Assembly: GCA_951406725.2 (NCBI GenBank)
Contig: OX597839.1
Span: 36,084,001 to 36,148,000, forward strand
Length of the DNA: 64,000 nucleotides
Direction of reading: 5' to 3'
Source: Octopus vulgaris
Taxonomy: Eukaryota
Position numbers and translations under genes: made by a program. The notes under the pieces were generated by a model. That model was not told where the DNA came from, searched no databases, and saw nothing but the letters and a program-made list of their open reading frames with translations. Position 1 is the first letter of the stretch; each line of letters opens with the position of its first letter. Positions 12,487-25,506 of this stretch are shown one piece after another.

Positions 12487-12885
12487 GCAGGTGTGGCAGT
12501 GTTGTAAGAAGCTTGCTTCTCAACCACATGGTTCTGGGTTCAGTTCCACTGCATAGCACCTTAGGCAAGTGTCTTCTACTATAGCCTTGGGCTGACCGAA
12601 GTCTTGTGAGATGATTTTGTAGACGGAATCAGAAAGAAGCTCGTTGTATATGTATGTATGTATGTATGTATGTATATGCTTGTGTGTCTGTGGCCCCCTT
12701 CCAGCGCTTGACAACCGATATTGGTGTGTTTACGTCTCTGTAACTTAGCGGTTCGACAAAAGAAACCGATATAATAAGTACTAGGCTTACAAGGAATAAG
12801 TTCTGGGGTCGATTTGCTCGACTAAAGGCAGTGCTCCAGCATGGTCACAGTCAAATGAACGAAACGAGTAAAAGAATAAAAGAAT
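12487..12885 (+). mobile_element. SINE family A
   Basis: Collinear with the other SINE A copies from head to tail. Confidence 0.88.
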
Positions 12886-13114
12886 ACATACATATATATA
12901 TACACACACACATGTATGTATGTGTGCATGTATAAAGTGTGTCTTTGTGTTTATACCCATCACCACCACCACTATCACCCCTCCACTTCACAACCTGTGT
13001 CGGTATGTTTAGGCCCCCGTGGTTTTTGGGCAATTCAGCAAAAAGTGGGCAATGATTGGTAAGCTTAAGTACCATACTTTAAAAAAATAATGAATAAATA
13101 TATATATATATATA

Positions 13115-13276
13115 GGCGCAGGAGTGGCTGTGTGGTATGTAGCTTGTTTACCAACCACATGGTTCCGGGTTCAGTCCCACTGCGTGGCATCTTGGGCAAG
13201 TGTCTTCTACTATAGCCTCGGGCTGACCAAAGCCTTGTGAGTGGATTTGCAGACAGAAACTGAAAGAAGCCCGTCG

Positions 13277-13318
<42 letters not shown>

Positions 13319-13540
13319 CATGTTTGTGTGTCTGTGTTTGTCCCCCTAGCATCACTTGACAGCCGATGCTGGTGTGTTTATGTCCCCGTCACTTAGCGGT
13401 TCGGCAAAAGAGACCGATAGAATAAGTACTAGGCTTACAAAGAATAAGTCCCGGGGTCGATTTGTTCGACTAAAGGCGGTGCTCTAGCATGGCCACAGTC
13501 AACTGACTGAAACAAGTAAAAGAGAGTAAAGAGTAAGAGT
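13115..13540 (+). mobile_element. SINE family A, nested in an older SINE A 3' half (12935-13640)
   Basis: Full head-to-tail match. Older degenerate family sequence continues on both sides. Confidence 0.88.
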
Positions 13541-13984
13541 AAACAAAGCAAACATTGATGGACTATTTGACTAAAATTCTCCTTGGTGGTGCCCCAGTAT
13601 GGCCATAGTCCAATTACAAAAGCAAATAAAAAAGAAAATAAGGAATGTCGCATTCTAAAGTTCTATTTAAGGTGAAAGATTAGCCGGAAAGCTGTATGGA
13701 CGATGCAGATAAGGAGAGTTGAGTGTATAGGTCTATATTTAGTGTAGATATTTGTACGGCTGTGCCTGGTTGTAACAATCTCAACTGACTTTCACTATAA
13801 AAACTATTGTTGGTTAATTACGGCTAAATTAAGATAAGTGTTACTAACTAAATAAATTTGTAGTACTTGGTTGTTGTTGTTGTTGTTGTTGTTGCTGTTG
13901 TTGTTAGTGGTAGTAGTGGCGGTGGCATGTTGGGAGGGCTTGTAAACGTGCCAGGACGGACTTGCTACCGAAATTTAGGACAAT

Positions 13985-14447
13985 AATAATCCTTTCTACT
14001 GGAGACACAAATGCCTCAAATTTGTGGGGAGGGGGACTAGTTGATTACATCGACCCCAGTGTTTCACTGGTACTTAATTTATTGACCCCGAAAGGATGAA
14101 AGGCAAAGTTGACCTTGGCAGAATTTCAACTTAGAATGTAGCGACGAGTGAAATACCGCTAAGCATTTTGTCCAGCGTGCTAACGATTCTGCTACTTCGC
14201 CGCCCTATTTAGGACAATAACAATAATAATAATAATGGTTTCAGATTTTTGCCACAAGAGCAGCTAGGGGAGGGGATTAAGTCGATTGCATCGACCCCAG
14301 TGTTTCACTGGTACTTAATTTATCAACTCCGAAAGGATGAAAGGCAAAGTTGACCTCGGCAAAATTTGAACTTAGAACGTAGTGACGGGCGAAATACCGC
14401 TAAGCATTCCATCCAGTATGCTCATGATTCTGACAGCTCTGCCGTCT
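13985..14447 (-). mobile_element. Two adjacent SINE family B copies (subfamily with (TTA)n tail)
   Basis: Each contains gaccccgaaaggatgaaaggcaaagttgacc..gaaataccgctaagcat. The first copy is flanked by atttaggacaataa. Confidence 0.85.
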
Positions 14448-14642
14448 TCATCATCATCGTTTAACGTCCGCTTTCCATGCTGGCATGGGTTGGATGATTT
14501 GACTGAGGACTGGCGAAGCAGATGGCTGCACCAGGCTCCAATCTGATCTGGCAGATTTTCTACAGCTGGATGCCCTTCCTAATACCAACCACTCCGAGAG
14601 TGTAGTGGGTGCTTTTATGTGCCACCGGCACAAGGGCCAGCA
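14448..14642 (-). mobile_element. 3' part of a SINE with a Meta-domain-like core and RTE-type (GAT)n tail
   Basis: Minus strand ggttggtattaggaagggcatccagctgtagaaa..gcatggaaagcggacgttaaacgatgatgatg. A second copy is at 38148-38475. Confidence 0.75.
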
Positions 14643-15303
14643 CCGCCTGATTGTTGAAAGAATAAAAGGAATGAATCAGTTGAGAATGTTTTGCATACGT
14701 CATTCCGTACATGACAATCCACCCCAATTCAAAATAACAATAATGTTACTACATCATAACTTTTTTATCTTATCCACTTCCTGTTTCTCTCCTAAATTGC
14801 GTGACCTTTTAAAAAAACAACAATCTTTTTTTCCAAATGGCGCATCCCTTCTATATTCCCTAATTCTCTCGACCCTCTTTAAAATGTTAAGCACTATTCT
14901 GGAACGTCGAGTGGAAAAGAATTAGCAGCAAAAGAGTAGTCTAATAAATGGAGGGTGTATTTCAGAATATGTAAGTCCCCCGCTCCTCACTGCCAGCGAT
15001 TTACAATCAATTTAGTCAGTGAACCCACGTCCTGCTAAAGTTCACCAGACATAAATTGTATAATGACATCAGTTAGTCTTTTAACTCTCGCTAATGGGAC
15101 TGAATATTCCAGAAAATCCTCAAAACTTTCCGTCCTTTCTTTTTACTTGATGCCAGTAATGAAGTGGCAGAGTCGATAGAGTCTCGGACAGAACACTTAT
15201 AAAATTTGTTTCGTTATTCTGCACTTTAAGTTCAAATCTCACCAAAGTTAATTTTGCTGTTCTTTTATTTCCAGGATCAGAAATATTAAATTTCTAAATA
15301 TCT

Positions 15304-15702
15304 CGCAGGAGTGGCTGTGTGGTAAGTAGCTTGCTAACCAACCACATGGTTCCGGTTCAGTCCTACTGCGTGGCACCTTGGGAGAGTGTCTTCTGCTATA
15401 GCCCCGGGCCGACCAATGCCTTGTGAGTGGATTTGGTAGACGGAAACTGAAAGAAGCCTGTCGTATATATGTATATATATATGTGTGTGTGTTTGTGTGT
15501 CTGTGTTTGTCCCCCTAGCATTGCTTGACAACCGATGCTGGTGTGTTGACGTCCCCGTCACTTAGCGGTTCGGCAAAAGAGACCGATAGAATAAGTACTG
15601 GGCTTATAAAGAATAAGTCCTGGGGTCGATTTGCTCGACTAAAGGCGGTGCTCCAGCATGGCCACAGTCACATGACTGAAACAATTAAAAGAGTAAAAGA
15701 GT
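15304..15702 (+). mobile_element. SINE family A
   Basis: Full head-to-tail match to the family. Confidence 0.9.
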
Positions 15703-15723
15703 ATATGTACGGTGGTGGAGCGA

Positions 15724-15874
15724 TAGAGTGGTTGTATACAGTCAACTTAATGTGATAGTCCTGTAAGGGAATTACACCACTGGTGTTTAGCCCTATGCTT
15801 CCTAGGGCTAAACAGCAGTGGTGTAATTCCCTTACAGGACTGTCACGTTAAGTTGACAGTATACAACCACTTTA
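15724..15874. repeat. 151-bp foldback (72-bp arms, 7-nt loop), MITE-like
   Basis: Arms 15724-15795 and 15803-15874 are reverse complements with 5 mismatches. Both ends are TA. Confidence 0.9.
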
Positions 15875-16262
15875 TTTCCAGGGTCGATAAAAAAAAAAAA
15901 CAAGTAACAATTAAGGGTCCGTGATTGGCAGAACAGTAGGAACGTCAGACTGGTTGCCTTGCAACTGACCCTGGCTCTTTGCATTCTGAGTTCAAATCCT
16001 ACTGAGGTTAGCTTATCATTTTGGGGATCGATAATAAGCCAGCATCAATCAAGTTCGGTAGATTGGCAGAACAGGCAAAACGTCGAACTAGGGGCCTTGC
16101 GATATTTCTCCTGTCCTTTTGTATTCTGAGTTCAATTCCTGATACTTGGGAGTAAACTTCATCCGTCCCCTTGTTTAACCCCATCACTTTGAGTACATTT
16201 AGCGGAGTCTACTTTGTTGCTAGCATTCAAATTTTCACATACATTAATCTATTAGGAGAATT

Positions 16263-16679
16263 GGATCTTTTCGGTTTGACCGGCAGTTTTTTAAAATAAT
16301 TTCCACGTAACTAAACACTTTTAAACTTCGTATACTGGTAGAATGTGTTTATAAAACATCTTTTTCTCTTGGCTTTATTGAGAAAATCCTATAGTTTGTA
16401 AGATATTTGTTCCTTTTTTCTTCAATTTCTGCAATTTCAACCAATCAATGACGTCTATTGAGGTAAAAAAACATTCTGTGCCGTATGAATATGTCCCTCG
16501 TTTAAGAAACAGATTGCGTTTATTTACATTTGTGAAGAAAGAAAGATACTCTTCCCCCACCCCTAACCCTAACCCTAAAATAGATTGAAATGCAATAGAT
16601 CGATGCTAGGGTCATAATTATGGGTGACAATTTCATATGATGCCGCTAGAAAAAACTACCGTTCAAATCGAAAAGATCC
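16263..16679. mobile_element. Non-autonomous TIR DNA element with internal (CCCTAA)3
   Basis: ~30-bp TIRs ggatcttttcggtttgaccggcagtttttt / aaaaaactaccgttcaaatcgaaaagatcc match at 27/30. A related 5' fragment is at ~22247-22385. Confidence 0.8.
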
Positions 16680-16964
16680 CGATTCTGCCGGCTCGCCACC
16701 TTAACCAATGGTAAAACGTTGATTTCAAATTTTTGGCACAAGCCCATCAAGTCCGAGGGTTGAAGTAAGTCGATTACACTGATACCAGTGTTCAAGTGGT
16801 ACTTATTTTATCGCCCCACCCCCGAAAGGACGAAAGGCAAAGTCGACAAATGCCGCTAAGCAGATTAACCAGCATGCTAACAATTCTGCCAGCTCACCGC
16901 CTTAATCTACGGTAAAATATTAACTACATGAAGACACCATTATTGTTTGCCTTACTATGTAGTA

Positions 16965-17270
16965 AACGTCGCCCCTTTTCAAGACTAGCAAGGCTCATGG
17001 GCCCGGTTTCCCGGTTTCTGTGGTGTATTTGCTCCCCCCCCCCCCAGCTGGACAGGACGCCAGTCCATCGCAGCGTTACTCAAGAAACGGGAAGAGAGAG
17101 TGAGTGATAGTTGTGGCCGAAAGAGTACAACAGGGGTCGCCACCACCACCTGCCGGACCCTCGTGGAGCTTTTAGGTGTTTTCGCTCAATAAACACACAC
17201 AACACCCAGGCTGGGAATCGAAACCGTGATCCTCCGACTGCTGCCCTAACCACTAGGTCATTGCGCCTCC
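16965..17270 (-). mobile_element. SINE family D (SINE C-type head, different 3' half)
   Basis: The head matches 11672 onward. The 3' half is gtaacgctgcgatggactggcgtcctgtccagc..cagaaaccgggaaacc. The 14-bp TSD cttactatgtagta lies at 16951-16964 / 17272-17285. Confidence 0.85.
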
Positions 17271-17742
17271 ACTTACTATGTAGTAGTGCCATACTAATAG
17301 CAATGTAATATATTGGTGGTTTTTCTGTTGCTCCTGTACATTTTCACATTCTTGTTTCTATATTCCTACATTTTCTAATCAATATTTTAAACTAACTTGA
17401 GATTTTCGACAGATATATGGTCCACAGATCTATAGGGAGGGGGAGTAGTGTGAACACTCGACTGAATCGATTCCAGAATATGCGTGGGCGCTTGTTGATA
17501 TTGGAGTTGGAGTGAAGAGAAGGTAAAATAGGCCAGAGTGGGATTGAACAGAAAAGATGAAGAGATTAAACGAAGTATTATGAAGCTTTTTAACCAAATA
17601 TTCTTCTGCTTCTACCAAAATAACGAACATGGAGTCGTACAGTCATGAAAAAAAACTATGAAGAGACGAAATAATGATTTGTGTTGATGTTGTTTGGAAA
17701 GGCATAAACGTAAGAACTCCTTATCTGCAATTAGTGATTGAA

Positions 17743-18050
<308 letters not shown>

Positions 18051-18181
18051 ATCGAAGAGAAGCTCCTGACGAGTTGAGTCTATAGGCCGGTTTCGATAAG
18101 CATTTGAAAAGAGTTTACTTCCTCTATCACTTTGGCGTCTCTTGGGAAAGATTGAAAGCCTCGACACCATCTTTCCTAGAC

Positions 18182-18421
18182 CAGTGGTTCTTAACCATTT
18201 TTTGCTTACGTACCCCTTTGATTCCTATTTTACTCGGGTGAATCCCCACAGGCATTCGATGCTAAAAAAATTCTATTATATTTTTTATAATTAAATATTA
18301 TGAATTCTATAAAAAAAATTTGTAAAAAACATTCTTTGTATTGTAGAAGTACAACCAATTTTAACAACAAAATCTTATATGGATTCCCGAAGGTCATAAG
18401 GACCCCGATTGAGAACCATTA
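18182..18421. mobile_element. hAT-type MITE (old)
   Basis: Termini cagtggttcttaacc / gattgagaaccatta, with an imperfect 8-bp TSD tcctagac/tccaaaac. Confidence 0.65.
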
Positions 18422-18535
18422 TCCAAAACCTTCAAACGTCTGTTTCCATTCACAGAAGAATAACAATAACGGACCATCTGCTCTCATTTCTGAGCCGTTC
18501 TAGACTCCTATATTGGCCACAGAATCACTAATTAT

Positions 18536-18930
18536 GGAGTGGCTGTGTGGTAAGTAGCTTGCTAACCAACCACATGGTTCCGGGTTCAGTCCCACTGCGT
18601 GGCATCTTGGGCAAGTGTCTTCTGCTATGGCCCCGGGCCGACCAATGCCTTGTGAGTGGATTTGGTAGACGGAAACTGGAAGAAGCCTGTCGTATATATG
18701 TATATGTATGTGTGTGTGTTTGTGTGTCCGTGTTTGTCCCCCTAGCATTGCTTGACAACCGATGCTGGTGTGTTTACGTCCCCGTAACTTAGCGGTTCGG
18801 CAAAAGAGACCGATAGAATAATTACTGGGCTTACAAAGAATAAGTCCCGGGGTCGATTTGCTCAACTAAAGGCGGTGCTCCAGCATGGCCGCAGTCAAAT
18901 GACTGAAACAAGTAAAAGAGTAAAAGAGTA
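18536..18930 (+). mobile_element. SINE family A
   Basis: Full match to the family. Confidence 0.9.
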
Positions 18931-19169
18931 ATTCTCTAGCCAATAACAGTCAGACTTCCACTACATGTACAACATTGATTTCCCGGACACTGATGGCTCA
19001 GAACCCCTTATATTTCACACTAATTTACGAAACAGAACTTTCAAATTCCCGCAACCGCCAAACTAGGCAACCCTGTTTCACAATGCATTGCGTAGTACAG
19101 AATTAATAACCTTGTAATCATTTCCACTTATGTAAAGCTATCTGTATTTCATTTAATTATCTCCAGTCT

Positions 19170-19586
19170 TTTATGGTTTACTTGTTTTAGTCATTAGACA
19201 GCGACCATGCTGGGGCACCGCCTTGAAGAAATTTAGTCGAACGAATCGATTCCAATACTTATTTTTCTTTCAATCCTGGTACTTATTCTATCGATATCTG
19301 TCACCGAACCGCGAGGTTACAGGAGCATAAACACAAAAACACCGGGTCTCAAGCGGTGGTGGGCACAGGCACATACACATACATATTCTTTTACTTGTTT
19401 CAGTCATTTGACTACGGCCATGCTGGAGCACCGACTTTTAGTTGAGCAAATCAACCCCAGGACTTATTCTTTGGAAGCCTAGTCCTTATTCTATCGGTCT
19501 CTTTTTGTCGAACCGCAAAGTTACGGGGACGTAAACACACCAGCATCGGTTGTCGAGCGATGTTAGGGGGACAAACATATACACAC

Positions 19587-19617
<31 letters not shown>

Positions 19618-19750
19618 CACGACGGGCTTCTTTCAGTTTCTGTCTACCTAATCCAGTCATAAGGCTTTGGTTGGCTTGAAGTTATAGTAGAAGACACTTG
19701 CCTAAGGTGCCTCACAGTGGGACTGAACCCGGAACCAAGTGGTTGGAAAA
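19170..19750 (-). mobile_element. SINE family A (19387-19750) plus an older 3' half (19170-19375)
   Basis: Reverse-strand matches to the family tail, body and head. Confidence 0.85.
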
Positions 19751-20189
19751 GAAGGCTTTGGAGCCAAAGGTTCCGGGATACCAATGTCGTACCTGTATTC
19801 ATAATGTGCAAGTATTCCCATCAGACTAGAATAAACTGGAAATTTATGGGTTTCAATGATCCGTCCGTTCACTTCAGCTTCTGTCCATGGATTGGAAATA
19901 ATTTCAATGTGTGTGTGTGTGTGTGATAGTATCGGCAAGGTAAGCTAAAGAAAACATCCACGCTTTGCAATATTGCAAATGCTTTGCAACTTCGAACTAT
20001 TCCGCCCCGCGTTAACCTAATCGCAGCTAAATAAATATAATTAGCGCGAATTAATAACTGCCTTGTCCACGAGAACAGAGCACCGGAAACAGGATACGAA
20101 CCATCGACTCGTGGTAGACCGACCGACTGGTCGACCTCGTCCCGTGGTGAGCTACTCCCGTCAGCAGTACCGAGTGGCTTTTGCATGTA

Positions 20190-20226
20190 ATGAGTGACTC
20201 ATGCCATTGATGAGTGACTCATGCCA
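20190..20226. promoter_or_regulatory. Tandem AP-1-type sites (TGACTCA) in duplicated ATGAGTGACTCATGCCA
   Basis: An exact 17-bp repeat at 20190 and 20210 (20-bp period) in otherwise unique sequence. Confidence 0.35.
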
Positions 20227-20669
20227 AGTTGTAAGTGATTATTGCTTTGTTTATTTGCTGCACCATTGAAAAGGGTTTGTGTTTAGAGGAGAATGGAGGA
20301 GAGAAGGAAGAAGGGGAGAGAGAGAGAGGGAGATATAATAGGAAATGCATGGAGTAAACTGGTGGTGGTGGGCCTAAAAAAGACCGTTACTATATATAAT
20401 TATGATTAACGGGACAAAAATGGAACCCCCCACCACCACCACCACAACCAGGGCCACCTAAAAAACAATAAAGAAAAAAGTAAATATTTTTCTCCCATTC
20501 AAATTAATAATGCCTATTGTAAAACATTTTTATTATTATTTGTGTTTCGTTCATTTTCAATGGAGTACTTTTATCTTCCACCCCGCATAAGAAACAAAAT
20601 ATAACTCTATTTTTCATTTGTAAAGTCAATTATTTTATTTTGAAAAAAACTGCCTTTTTTATGTTTATT

Positions 20670-20722
<53 letters not shown>

Positions 20723-21110
20723 TTGTTTTTATTGTTAGTTTTTTGTTCTTTTTTCTTGATATTATTATTACAAACCAAATGCATCGTCCTTCGTGCGTGT
20801 AAAATTGAAGTACAAATCTGCGCCTCGCAACTTCTCTATTCCGCCGCTCCCTTGTTATTCCAGTTAGCTTGTAGCCTAGTTTTTCGTTTAGCTTCTTCAT
20901 AACAAAATTTACATACCTCATCCAAACAAAACACAGAAATAAATAAAAGCCAAGCACTCCAAGGCTGTTCTATTTGTTAACTCAACTCATCACACACACA
21001 CTACACACAACAATCCTATACAACAATATGGTGGCGGTACAATGACGTCATACATCAAACGCCTGTCATGTTATGTAATCAACGGACCAGAGAATATTCA
21101 CTCTTTCATC

Positions 21111-21149
<39 letters not shown>

Positions 21150-21359
21150 TATCTTCCTGTCTGTCTGTCGTCTGCTTCTTTCTTTCCTGTACTCCTCGCT
21201 TTCATCGTTACACCTTTCATCCTCTCGCCGCTGCTATCCACCGCTCTGCCTTTCTCTTTTTCGTTCGCCTCTTTTTCTTTCTCTAATTTCATTTATAAAT
21301 ACATAACAGACATGCGCACGCACACACACACACACACACGATATATGTACGAGTATATG

Positions 21360-21551
21360 TGTGCGTGTATGTATGTATGTATGTATGTATGTATGTATGT
21401 ATGTATGTATGTATGTATGTATATATGTATGTATGTTTGTGTGTATGTATGTATCTATGTAGGTATGTGTGTATGTATGTATGTATGTATGTATGTATGT
21501 ATGTATGTATGTATGTATGTATGTATGTATGTATGTGTGTGTGTGTGTATG

Positions 21552-21591
<40 letters not shown>

Positions 21592-22035
21592 AAACAGACT
21601 TATGAGCATAAGTGTATTCGTCTACTTGTCTCTCTGTCTGTTTGCTATCTGTCTGTATGTATGTGTGTGTGTATGTATGTATGTGTGTGTATGTATGTAT
21701 GTATGTATGTACGTATGTATGTATGTATGTATGTATGTATGCATGTATGTATGTATGTATGTATGTGTGTATGTATGTATGTATGTATGTATGTATGTAT
21801 GTATGTGTGTATGTATGTATGTATGTATGTATGTATGTGTGTATGTATGTATGTATGTATGTGTATGTATGTGTGTATGTATGTATGTATGTATGTATGC
21901 ATGTATGTGTATGTATGTATGTATGTATGTATGTGTGTATGTATGTATGTATGTATGCATGTATGTATGTATGTATGTATGCATGTATGTATGTATGTAT
22001 GTATGTATGCATGTATGTGTGTGTGTATGTACGTA
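21360..22035. repeat. (TATG)n microsatellite, two blocks
   Basis: Directly visible. Confidence 0.97.
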
Positions 22036-22537
22036 TGTTCTGCATATATTTAACAAATTTCTCACTCATAAAAGACTCAATTTCTAATGCTGTTTATTAC
22101 ATATGAGAATCTGTAGTGTAAAGTTCTGACTTTACACACACACACACACATTTATTATTCTTAAACAAGGATCTGGTTAACAGTGACTTCCAAGTTTCGG
22201 CCAGCTAAACAATCGTCGGACTTCGAAGTCACTGCCAACAACATTCGTGATCTTTACCTTTTGACCGACAGATTTTAAAAAATTATTTTTTGTAACTAAA
22301 CACTTTCAAACTTCGGACACTGGTAGAATGTGTCACATAAAACTGCTTTTTTTCTCTTGGCGTTTTTGAGAAAAGCTCCGATATTTTGTCCAAGAGAAAG
22401 GCAAAGGTCGATACAATCGATACAATCTGGCACCAGTGACATCGCCACTCAGTTTTACATGTGTATATGTACGTGCATATACGTACGTATGTGTAAGCGC
22501 GCGCGTGTGCGTTTTGAACGTGCGCGTGCGTGTATGC

Positions 22538-22575
<38 letters not shown>

Positions 22576-23644
22576 ATCGGACAGTAGATCTGCTTCTTTT
22601 TCTTGACTCAGTACAATTCTTTTCTTCTCTAGGCACAAGGCTCGAAATTTTTGGGGAAGGGGCCTGTCGATTAGATCGCCCCCAGTATGCAACTGGTACT
22701 TAATTTATCGACCCCGAAAGGATGAAAGGCAAAGTCGACCTCGGTGGAATTGACTCTGTACAATTGCCACAGTACAAAAAACATGGCGTCCACTCTTAAA
22801 TTAATATCTAGATCGTTAATCGCCGTGATTTGTGTCACAAAACACCATAGTTTTCATAGAAAGAGTTTTTAAGATAAAGATGGATAGAAATCCTCAAAAT
22901 CTAACTGGGTAAATTTGCAACCTGCTTTACATTCAATGCCGTAGAACCACTTCTATTCATCTAAACCAGTTTTTCACTTGCGGTAACACTTACATGCTTT
23001 TCAAAATTCGGCGGTACACCTGAACTAAAAATATAATTAGAAGTATAGCGAAAAAAATTATATTCAGGTTACATTGCAGGACACGTAGCATCGTCTCGTA
23101 ACACACTCGTGCGCCGCCGCGGCACAACGGTTGCGGTGGCACTCTGATCGAAGCTCGTCCGAGTCGTGTTTATAATTTTGAAATTAATGGCCATAAGAAT
23201 ATACAAACTATACGTACGTACATACATACATACATATATAAATACATACATACATTCATACGTACATACATATATACACACATATATATACATATATTAC
23301 ATACAGACATGGATGCATACATATATACATAATACATACAAGCATGTCATGTTGACAGGAAATGTGGGTTCGTTTTCTACGGACAGCTTTAGATTTTTTT
23401 CTATCCAAAGGTTTTTTTAGCCAAATAGTTACATGCTTTTATTTATAGCTTTATCAGCTTCGAGATCCAACGTTCACAAAAAAGAAATGTGTGTGCGTGC
23501 TCGCGCTATTATATTACACACTATGTTTTCATTATACTGAATTAGCTGATAAAATCAAATATTTGATATAGAACCTTTTTATATTGAGGTACACAAGTAA
23601 ATCCGGGTGACAATGGCCCCACCCTCTCTGACTGTAAGTTTAAT

Positions 23645-23980
23645 GATTCACATCACACAGTCGTAAAAATAAACGCACACACACACACACAGAGCAGTAG
23701 ACCTAATCACACTCACATAAGCATCCACAATCGTAGACATACTCACTCATACATACACACATTCAGTCACAGTGACAGACATACACACACACATCCGCAG
23801 TCATAGACATAATCACTCATACACACATTCAGTCACAGACATAAAACACATTTCCTCAGTCGTAGACATAATCGCTCACAAATACACACACATTCACAGT
23901 CGTAGATATAAATACACCTATTCAGTCATAAACATAAGCAGACGCGGTCACAGTCGTAGACATAAACACACAATCATATT
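23645..23980. repeat. Degenerate ~28-30 bp minisatellite (cagtcgtagacata..cacacatt)
   Basis: The motif cagtc(g/a)(t/c)aga(c/t)ata recurs about ten times. Confidence 0.8.
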
Positions 23981-24319
23981 CATATATATGAACAGATGTG
24001 CACACTCTTCTGCTATAGTTTACATGAAACACGCATACAATTTCGCAATTGAGAGAGCAGACAGGCCAAAACAAAGATGTTTGTCAGAGAGAAAAGATTG
24101 AAAAAGTGTCAGACGAAGAAATAGGGGACAAGGAGAAGGAAGAGAAAGAGAGAGAGAGATGAAAGAGGGGAGAAGAGACAGACGGACAGATAGGGAAACC
24201 AAACCATGGCAAGGAGTGAAAATAAAGAACGAGCGAAGCTATCAAACTCCTGGTCTCGACATTGTTGGAACGAAGTTTGGAGATTTTTTGCCGAGTTTAA
24301 CAATCAATGAAACTATTTT

Positions 24320-25200
<881 letters not shown>

Positions 25201-25444
25201 CACTGGCCCGTCACATCATTCATACACCCACCACCCTGCCACCCGACCAGTAAGTACCTTCGAGAATTCTGTCTCGTCATCTCCTTTCTGACATTATTGC
25301 CTCATCTTTTCATTGCCCCCCTCCCCCCGCCGCCTTCTACTCGTCAAACAACCCTCCCCCTCTCCGCCTCGGACTCAGCCACGACATCACCAATCCTGAT
25401 ACAAACACCCTTCTTTCTTTCTCTCCTTTCTTTCTCTCTCCTTT

Positions 25445-25506
<62 letters not shown>

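Noticed and set aside
18062-18105. CTGACGA core
   Set aside because: No properly placed GAAA or closing stems.
21042-22106. Several long MYVC-repeat ORFs
   Set aside because: Translations of the (TATG)n microsatellite.
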